Origin: an uncultured Methanosarcinaceae archaeon | GTDB lineage: Archaea; Halobacteriota; Methanosarcinia; Methanosarcinales; Methanosarcinaceae | Direction of reading: 5' to 3' | Length of the DNA stretch: 64,000 bases | Assembly (NCBI GenBank): GCA_963833425.1 | Contig: CAWHXP010000007.1 | Span: 64,001-128,000, forward strand | In this document: positions 1 through 8,456 of the stretch, in pieces | Layout of the letters: each line of letters starts with the position of its first letter | How positions within the stretch are numbered: position 1 is the first letter of the stretch | Notes under the pieces: model-generated | Told to the model about the DNA's origin: nothing | Seen by the model: only the letters and a program-made list of their open reading frames with translations | Database searches by the model: none | Made by a program: the position numbers and the translations under genes

Positions 1-199
1 TTAAAAGTGTCGAAAGACGCATTATATTGATGTTAAACGAAATATTTATTTCGAGTCCAATTTGTTTTTATATTTACGAATTCACTGCTAACTGTATTCT
101 CATCTGCACGATAATAAAACAAGATGCTCATGTTTTAGATGTGGATACTCTACTTTATAATCATTAGGGTTACAGATCTTCTTTACATTGATCGAAACA

Positions 200-940
200 C
201 TCGAAGATGCTATATTAAAGTCTACATTATCAGTTGGTATGAATAATACATTCGATGTCTGCATACCTTCTGTCAATGTAATTCCTGAGGTTGGAGTATA
301 GACAAAGGTTCAAGGTACTGAAGCAGTTGTATCTAGCTGAGTGCTACTCAATGGTATCTTACAAATTATGTTCGCAGGTTTACTCCAGATAATTGTAAGA
401 GTCGCTTTGTTTAATTAATCAAAACAGTCACTAATACTGTAGTGTAGCTCGTAGGATCACTTGGTGTGAAAGTAGCAGTCATGCCTGCTGCCGACCTGTA
501 CTTAATACAGTTCCTGAATTTACTATAGTGCCCGAAACTGTTGTATATACCGATATTCCAGGCAGTGAGGAATTTTGAGGTGTTAAGCAATTGCATTTAG
601 CTGAATGCTGTTCCATTTGTTATATTCTCAAGGGTATTCCAGATACAAGTAGTAGCCTCCGGGTCTACCTTAATCTTAACAATAGTATCCATTTGAGTAT
701 AGAAAACATTATTACTCGGTGGAAAGTAGTACTAAATGTCTGCTATTGATTTGCACTCAATATGGTTCTTAATGGCGGAGAGTGGATAAAGATCCCAGAT
801 ATAACAGGATTTTCAGGCGCTGAAGCAGTTGTATTAAACTGAACGCCGCTTAATGTTGTTCACATATTATATCAGCAGGGTTATTTCAGATAATTGTTTG
901 AATCGTTGAAACAGGTGTTACAAACTGTTCTAAAGCGGCA
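200..940 (-). pseudogene. Remnant of a cell-surface protein with Ig-like (MBG-type) repeats
   Basis: Minus-strand translation gives KATLTIIWSKPANIICKIPLSSTQLDTTASVP*TFVYTPTSGITLTEGMQT...SINV, with a related unit near 820-910. This resembles the 'TITWSNPADI.YGT.LS..QL.ATASVPG' repeat of Methanosarcina surface proteins. Stops and frameshifts are present. Confidence 0.6.
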
Positions 941-1628
941 GGTTTGTGTCCTATGGTTATTAAATTTTTCAGTCAGTCTTTTATTTTAGAGATCTTGGTG
1001 CCAAAATCTAAGCATTTTTTATTTATTAATCCAAGTCTTTGTTCGAATTCTTCGATCAGGATATGTTTAAAATATAAATTGAAATTAGACCGATATGTAG
1101 AATGTTTCCGGCACAAAGAAACAATTCAAAAAGTATATTTATTCTTGAAAAAAAAACGGAACAACAAAGCTAACAACTGTTGGCTTTCGTAATTTAACAT
1201 ATATTTTAGTAAAAACAATTTATTTCCAGAACAACAGGCAAAATGTCCTCAATTTAGGCTGAAAAATGAGAAAAACACATAGGTTTCAGCACAAAAAACA
1301 ATGCATCTGTGTAAACAATAGAAACAGTAAAAAATTGGATTTGTATTTGGATTATTAATATAAATTTATCCATTCGTTTCAAGCATTTCCATCCTAAATT
1401 TTATGATCCATAGATCTATCTTGACCTAATACCAAGCTTTTTGTTGCAGAAATCTATTTTCACCTACGACGAAACATCGATTCTATTTAGGTCCCATGAA
1501 ACTGCTGCAGGAGCAGAATAGCACCCCCCCGTCTAAACTTTCTCAGCCACTCCAAACAGTGCCATTCTAATCTTTAATTTATAATTATAAATTTGATATT
1601 TAGAGTTGAGCTTGGAAGGAAAAAATAG

Positions 1629-1651
1629 AGGGCTAAATTTATTTTAGCCCT
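1629..1651 (-). terminator. Hairpin terminator after the I42 inhibitor gene
   Basis: Perfect inverted repeat AGGGCTAAA-n5-TTTAGCCCT overlapping the stop codon, followed on the minus strand by a T-run. Confidence 0.55.
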
Positions 1652-1985
1652 AGAACTCCTTTGATCTACCGACCCTTATCGTAGTATCCACATGCTCCAG
1701 AACACTATCTGAAGGATCCCAAGGCCGGTGTAATCTCAGGCGGATCTCCTGGCTTCCTAGAGACCTCGCCGCGAAACGTATTACCCGCATCCCGCCGCGA
1801 CCCATCGTCATCCTGTGAGCCTCTGCGTAGGTCGACTCGATGAACTCGACTACGGAGCCTTTCGTTTCCACCTCCCACCCATAGCCTGTGGTTAGATTCT
1901 CTTCGAGATGAAATACGATCAAGTCACCAAGGTGAGCTTCAATTATGTTACCCAGGTAGTTCTGTGTGATCACAATCTCCGACAT
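1650..1985 (-). CDS. Protease inhibitor I42 (chagasin family)
   Basis: Motifs ENLTTGYGW (NPTTGYxW), GRGG and RPWD; ~110 aa; lies directly downstream of a C1A protease gene. Confidence 0.85.
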   Translation of the reverse strand: MSEIVITQNYLGNIIEAHLGDLIVFHLEENLTTGYGWEVETKGSVVEFIESTYAEAHRMTMGRGGMRVIRFAARSLGSQEIRLRLHRPWDPSDSVLEHVDTTIRVGRSKEF

Positions 1986-2009
1986 ACACACTCTCCTCTA
2001 GCGAAGCGA

Positions 2010-3408
2010 TTTCCAACACGCCAGATTTCATGTTGTCCCTTCAAAGGGAGGACCCAGCATATCTGTCTGACAAAACGTCGGTAAGTCAGCATGAGCCAGT
2101 TATTAGTCCCCACCAGAGTGATCAATCGCGACATGTAGGTCAATTGGCCTGCGTTCATGGACATGGTGGTCGCATAGTCCTTGTCCAGTTCCTAATTTCT
2201 CCGTTGCTCCTTGCCCTATTTGCAGCCTTACACCCATGAGCATGGATTAGCAGTACAATGAGCGTTCCGGAAGCAAAGTCAATTGTGTAGCCATGGACCC
2301 AAATCTTTCAGTAGCATGTGTAAGTTCCGTCACGGCCAAGGAGCTGGGGACCGGGACATGCTGATTGGCGGCCTGAAACGACCCTTTGCGGTACGATGCC
2401 GCCAACATCGTACTCGGCGTCGGGTCCCAAGTACACGCCTGTCGTGAAGATTTGAGGGTTTGGACCATTAGCGAGGGACGTCGACCCATCAGCCACGATA
2501 GACACGTGTATCGCCTTCGAAAGGGTAGAATGTCACCGACAGCACATTGTCGTTGTTGGTGGTGTAAGCGATCCACATGTAGCCAGATTCCCCCCAGTCC
2601 TTCCCCCACGAGTTCTTGATTCTCCATGCTTGCTTGCTGTTGTTCCATCCCACCAGCAAGACCGCATAGTTGATGTCGGCATTGGATCCCTCGTTGAATA
2701 CCCCACTAGTATAGGCTTGAAAGGCCGGTGTCACCGCGACGGTCACTCCGAGCGGCCCGTACTCGAAAAGCGCCTTCTTCAGCGCAGCGACCGAAGGGAT
2801 CTCCACAGTGCTGTCGACATAGCCCCAGGCAACTGCCTTGTAAGGCAGTTGCACCCTGTATTGCACGTTCCTTTCGTCGCAACATAGGAATAATCATCTT
2901 CTTTTGCCGCTCCCTTGTCGATCAGATACTGGTAGGCCCACCAGCCACCATCGCAATCGCCGTAACCTCGGAGTCGAGTGTATCCTGTTCTGCGCTGTCA
3001 ATAAACTCCTTGTTCAGATCGCATAGCTTCCTTCGAACGCTCCGTGCGTGCCAAAAACCCAACAGGAACCACATCTCTTCTGGTCCCGCACATCTGTGAC
3101 TCCATTGTAATCGACCCAATTGAACTTATCCTCATCAGCCATGCATTGCTCAAGTAATATCCGCTTTGTTTCTTTCAATGACCTTGTCAATCTGTCATGT
3201 AGCTGTGCCTGCTTCAACCAGTTCGCAGGCGGCTTCATGCCATGATCTTCTCGATGGGAAAATCGATCGCCTTTGTATAGCCCAATTCGAAGGTCTATTG
3301 CTTGGTCGCTGCTTCATCCCGCAAGCTGGCGATGTTTGCCTTGATATGGGCTGATGCGCTCAGTTCCCTTTTCACATAGTCATTTGGAGGTTCGTTCGAA
3401 TTTTCCAT
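2010..3408 (-). pseudogene. Papain-like C1A cysteine protease, frameshifted
   Basis: Fragments across frames: MENSNEPP...KQ*TFELGYT, VRDQKRCGSCWVF, SAEQDTLD, CDGGWWAY, YGPLGVTV, INYAVLLVGW (catalytic His replaced by Tyr), WRIKNSWG. Several frameshifts. Visibly more GC-rich than the flanks. 3' end uncertain. Confidence 0.85.
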
Positions 3409-3871
3409 TTATTCACTTTCCTTTTCCTACCACGTAAAGGCTTGCCTGATGGACTAGTATCTCTTTTGCCCATCAGCGTAGATAATTCGTCTAGAAACTT
3501 TTTAATATTTTCTGGTTTTTATTTTTTTGCAGTCTAAAATAATTGGTAAATTTTAGCGATCCTAGGAGATATTAAAAAGTCTCTTTTAATATCTTTATAG
3601 TCCATAATTTGTTGATTGTATTATCTAAAAATAATCAAAATACAGTCTCTAGATATTTCTTTTCTCGTTATTTTTACACGAGAGCCAACCTGCTTGTGAG
3701 CATATAAACTGAAGCTAAAGCCATGTTTTCGATACTAGTTTGAGTTTTAAAGTATATTGACTCCTTTGTTCGCCTGCTTAAATTTCATGTGGATATAATT
3801 TTCTACTATTATTATGAATTTTAAACAGAATGCACTAACATGCATTTAGCCCGCAAATATTTTAAATTAAT

Positions 3872-4000
3872 TATACAAAAAAAGTTTATAAACAAAAAAT
3901 AATATACGAAAAAAAGGTTCTAAACAAAAAATAATATACGAATAAAAGTTTATAAACAAAAATAATATACTTAAAAAGCTTCTAAACAAAAAAAAATATC
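3872..4000. repeat. A-rich tandem repeat, ~31-32 bp x ~4
   Basis: Unit approximately TATACGAAAAAAAGTTTATAAACAAAAAATAA, with TATAC at 3872, 3903, 3935 and 3966; no spacers. Confidence 0.85.
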
Positions 4001-4179
4001 GCACAAAATTTTTCATAATCAAAATAATCAATTAAGTAGTAACAATGCTATTTTGATTATTTCCCAAGTCTTTAGAATCTAACATTGTGCTTTTCCTCAC
4101 GAATTGATATAGTTAATTTTATAAATCATTTATTATATTTAATAGAAAAATTACACCTCACTTCCTAAATAGCTGTGCA

Positions 4180-4510
4180 ATATACACAGGTTTTATCACA
4201 AAATCTATTGTGGCTTAAAATTATATTAATCAATATTTTATCAAAGAGAAAAAAAGATTATAACGTACCTAAACTTTCTTACTGATCTTAAACTTGAAGA
4301 TTAAGCTTGAAAAAGAATATTAAAAACGTCTTTTGATTCATTCTCAAATCTTTTTACGGTAATTGAAAAATTGAGTTTCTGTTCAGTTTATTCGTAGTTT
4401 CTTTTGTTAAAAGTACTATCTTATTATTTTTTTTAAATTTCTATTTACGATTGTGATTTGGGTTAATTAATTCAAAGTGTTCCATAGTCCAGATGCTCTA
4501 CGAATTACAT
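4180..4510 (+). repeat. Dispersed ~330-bp repeat, inverted copy at 18735-19066; probable mobile-element remnant
   Basis: Core GAGAAAAAAAGATTATAACGTACCTAAA...CTTACTGATCTTAAACTTGAAGA matches the reverse complement at ~18945-19000, with more degenerate homology on both sides. Confidence 0.7.
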
Positions 4511-5005
4511 AAGCTCTATAAGCTCCATGAGTCATATATTAGCCACATTTCTTATTTTGTATGGAACTTAGTGAATCAAGAGATTTCAGCACAAAAAAAA
4601 CGGTGTGTGTTTGAGATAGTAGAAAACGCACTCGAAGTTATCGACTGATGGAGACAATCACCTGTTTGCTATAATTCATGATATAAGGACTGCATGATCA
4701 TCATACTAATTAGTTTAAGTTAGTACTATTTAAAATATACTTAAAAATATATAATTAATTAAATCCAGTTAATTAATTAAATCCATTTATAATTTATGGG
4801 TTTTCCGTACACCTTATAGCAGACTTTTCAGCTGGCTGCAGATATCTCGTCATCTGGCAGCTAACAAGATCAATATTAGATGCCCGCTCATCCGTATTAG
4901 GCGCCTTCCCGAGTACCTGGTGATCTGCGACGATTTAATATCTCAATGTCACCGGTATTAGTCACTGAGAGGCTCTTCAAAACAGGAACGCCAACGTGCC
5001 AAAAT

Positions 5006-5305
5006 TCAGGAGCTTCCGCCTTCTGGAGTACCTGGTGATCTACGACGATTCAATATCTCAACGTCACCGGTATTAACGCCGCTGGGTTGCTCTTCAAATA
5101 CAGGAACTCCCTTGTCGTAATATAAAGGAGTATCGCTGGTAGTAATGTGGCCGGGCAGGTCTCTATCATAGTAGGTATGATAGTTACCGGGACCTTGATA
5201 TATGTGGTCTGCACTCGCCAATATAACTGTCAATGGTACTACTAAAAGGATTGCAAACGAAATAGTTAGTACCTTTTTCATTTTACTAGATAATTGTTTT
5301 AACAT
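5006..5305 (-). CDS. Small secreted protein with the conserved 32-aa leader; possibly truncated by a frameshift
   Basis: RBS AGGAGTG, leader MLKQLSSKMKKVLTISFAILLVVPLTVILASA; the C-terminal unit is repeated out of frame at 4897-5000. Confidence 0.65.
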   Translation of the reverse strand: MLKQLSSKMKKVLTISFAILLVVPLTVILASADHIYQGPGNYHTYYDRDLPGHITTSDTPLYYDKGVPVFEEQPSGVNTGDVEILNRRRSPGTPEGGSS

Positions 5306-5896
5306 TTATTTCACTCCTATTATAAATAGACAAAAAAATTTTTAGATTATGTTGTTGAATGTTTGCTCAATCAACAAATTGAACTCTTATCAATAAGTAA
5401 ACGACCAAAAATTGAGGTTCATCGAATAAAATACTTTTAACTTTAAACGGAATGTATATTTTATTATATATCGATTACATGTTCATGATTTTCAAAGCAC
5501 ATACACGTGATTTATTTGATCTAACTTAATTTTATTTTAGAGAATTTCGATAAACCACAATTATTGATTTGTGTATGTATATCTTGGGACAATTATTTGA
5601 AATTATTTATAAAAAATATAGTTTCTAAACAAAAAGTCTTTTCCAATTAAATATTTTAACATTGAACAACAATTAAATACAAATTATGTAATATTAAATT
5701 TAGGAATGGTACTCATTTTTTTCATTACTCACTTTTCAAAAAAATATTTTAAAATCTAACGTAAGATAATATTATTCTTATTTATATAGATGCGACTATG
5801 TCACTCACTCGCTCTGAACCGTGAAGGATCCAAATCCAGGATACATAGGCTTTAGCACACAAAACTACGCATTTATGAAACAAGGAAAAGAAACAG

Positions 5897-6892
5897 CTCT
5901 GTGGAAATCCTAAATTTGATGTTAATATTTTTATAATTTTTTGTTTATGTTGTATGTATTCACTTAATTTCAATCTCCTTCACTTGATAAATGAATTTTT
6001 TTTGCCCCTAGTGATTCTCCTAATTTTCTTTTAACTACAGAAAATATTGTCTCCACAATATTTGTTTGATTATATCTAATTTTGTCAAAGACCAGGTTCA
6101 ATTTTGTTCTATATTTTAACTTATTTTTTCCTTTTTCTATCTCTTTTACAGGTGTGATTGAACCTGATTTCATTTCTCTCTCTAATTAGGGAATGCATTT
6201 TTTCAGAATTGTATCCCTTATCCACTACATAACAATCAGACTTTCCCATCTTATTTGATTGCCTTATCAGAGCATTTTGCATGTTTGATTTCATGGTCTG
6301 TTTTTTGACTAATTTTTCATCCCAATATTACCTTTTTACTTGTGTCTATTGATATTGAAGTTCCCAGGAAGTTTCTTCGAAGTTTCCAGGTTCTTCTGGA
6401 ATAATAATAACTTGCATATAACTCGTAAATCCTGTTGCATCAATCGCTGCAATAGATACATTTCCTTCATATGAGTAAAACAACTTTAGAATCCTTGACA
6501 GAAGAAGGTTAGATAGAGAGATGGGAACCCTGGGTACAAACTTTTGAAAGGTAATGAAATGTGAAATCTTATCAAGAGCAAGTTTTTCTTTTAAATAGCT
6601 CATACGGTCAATAATTTCTACAAAATTTTGATAGTCTGTGCTATATACTCCTTCGATAAAACCAGTACAAGAAGCTGATGCCAGGTATAAACGTGTTTTG
6701 AATACTTGCAAGAATAAATCTTCGGTCTCGAAGACTAACAGTTTCAAGATTGGTATCAACAAATTTAATGTACTTATTAAACTTCAATATTGAATGTTCC
6801 TTCGTTTTTAGTGGAAAAATAAGAAAAATATTATAATTTGGCAGTTATGATACTTTAATGTAAAAGTTCAATTTAGAGCATTCTGACAGAGC
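5897..6892 (-). mobile_element. Degraded IS5-like DDE insertion sequence (family A, copy 1)
   Basis: Fragments AAIDATGFTS, YVVDKGYNSE and QTNIVETIFSVVKRK; imperfect terminal IRs GCTCTGTGGAAAT / ATTCTGACAGAGC; many frameshifts. Confidence 0.8.
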
Positions 6893-7695
6893 TAAAAATT
6901 CCATAGATTATAAACGACATTTTGCTTAATTTTCTGTTAAATCGCAAATTTCACGGCTCATTAGGTCGAAAATTTGATCTCATGAGAACCGAATTCTATA
7001 CAGTATACAAAAATTGTGTTTCAAATTTACACTAAATTCGCTACGTTAATTTTATCGCAGTGTACTGAAAGGTCTGTAAAATCACAAGTGTCTAGAAATT
7101 GTTAAATCGAAAATCTTACTCAGAAGAAAGATTAAATAAAATAATTAGAAATTTGACTTCGCATTTACAGTAAATTTGCGGTGCTGTTCATTTTTTGCAA
7201 GAAAAACCTTACTTAGAATCTTGATAAGCCATTAATTTTTCAGGAGTCATATATTTTCATAAGTTTAGGATGAAATTTATGTGTTTACAGAAAATCTATA
7301 GTAATTATTAAGAATTGTTAACTTATGGTAATAATTGATTCTTATATTTAATTAATGATATATATTCATAATTAACATTTCTCAATATATTATATCTTTT
7401 GGATATCAATAATGTGATAATACAATCTGAAAGAATTCCTATCGGCATATCTGCTGATTTAACTATTTAATGATATATAGGTCTTTTAAAAATGAAGATT
7501 AACTAGCTGTTACAATACCAGTCTGTTAACAGGTTTGTGAAATACTAGTTAGTTAAATAATATTTCCACAGTGTATCGCCGATGGAAAGTGCATTGAAAA
7601 AGTAACAGTATGAAAAGTACATCCTAAAATGCATCATATCAGTTGTATCACATAAAAAGTGTATCAGAGTAAACAAAAATCAGGAGAATAAACCG

Positions 7696-8001
7696 GTGAA
7701 AAGACAAACAATTTCCAAAATAAGTAAAACAATAGGTGTTTTACTAGCTGTCTTCCTTGTAGTAACATTGACAGCAGTGGCAGCGAGTGCAAATTGTGGC
7801 GGTCATGGTGGCCATGGAGGTTGCGGAGGATGCGGAAGCAGTGGATGCGGAAGCAGTGGATGCGGAAGCAGTGGAGGATGCGGCAGCTGTGGAGGATGCG
7901 GAAGCAGTGGAGGATGTGGCGGCTGTGCACTGCCACCGATGCCACCGATGCCCATGTTTTGTGGCAGCGGCTGTGGATGTGGCAGCGGCTGTGGTTGTTA
8001 A
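7696..8001 (+). CDS. Secreted Cys/Gly-rich small protein (32-aa leader + 69-aa core with 15 Cys)
   Basis: RBS CAGGAGA, GTG start, signal peptide ending ASA, then CGG/CGSSG repeats, PPMPPMPM and CGSGCGCGSGCGC. Confidence 0.75.
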   Translation: MKRQTISKISKTIGVLLAVFLVVTLTAVAASANCGGHGGHGGCGGCGSSGCGSSGCGSSGGCGSCGGCGSSGGCGGCALPPMPPMPMFCGSGCGCGSGCGC

Positions 8002-8310
8002 TATCAAAATCTAATTACAGTAAATGGTAAAAATGAACACTTAAAAAATTATGAATTTAAACAATAGTACGTTCTGGATTTTTCCGCTCCCACTCTTTCT
8101 TCACCCATCTATATAATATCGTTAATATCGTAGGAAGCAACTCAGAAACGATGGAGATTTACAATTTATTATTAAGATCGCTGAAGCAATTTTATTGAAT
8201 AATTCTACGTGAATCTGAAACAATTCAGAAATGCATCTCAATTTTTCAAGTGGTCATTATTGAAAGTTTGAATCAGATACAGAGAATTATGGAAATTTAG
8301 CATCGAAATA

Positions 8311-8401
8311 AGAAGATTTCGATAAAATCCTGATTTTTACGAGTCATTTATATAATATTTATAAGCATATGACAAAATCAAGGGGTTTATCGGAATCCTC
8401 T
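8311..8401. mobile_element. ~90-bp MITE with IS5-type terminal IRs
   Basis: AGAAGATTTCGATAAAATCC ... GGGGTTTATCGGAATCCTCT; ends resemble the TIRs of the IS at 21243-22378. Confidence 0.6.
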
Positions 8402-8456
8402 GCATTAAAAAATATCATAAAATTTAAGAAACAAGGCAAATCCTAATTTTGATAAT

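Noticed and set aside
3280..3310. In-frame TAG in the protease gene (and at ~16680) as pyrrolysine readthrough
   Set aside because: The same genes also carry frameshifts or TGA stops, and the protease TAG sits at a probable Trp codon; ordinary decay explains it.
3872..4000. Possible CRISPR array
   Set aside because: The units are contiguous with no unique spacers, and no cas genes are present.
1282..5895. Recurrent TTTCAGCACAAAAA-like motif at ~1283, ~4584 and ~5850
   Set aside because: Too short and degenerate to call; probably solo ends of an eroded IS.
7664..8030. Alternative-frame ORFs (DAEAV, MRKQW, HCFRI and Ala/Ser/Thr repeats)
   Set aside because: Frame shadows of the microrepeats; only 7696-8001 has an RBS and the conserved leader.
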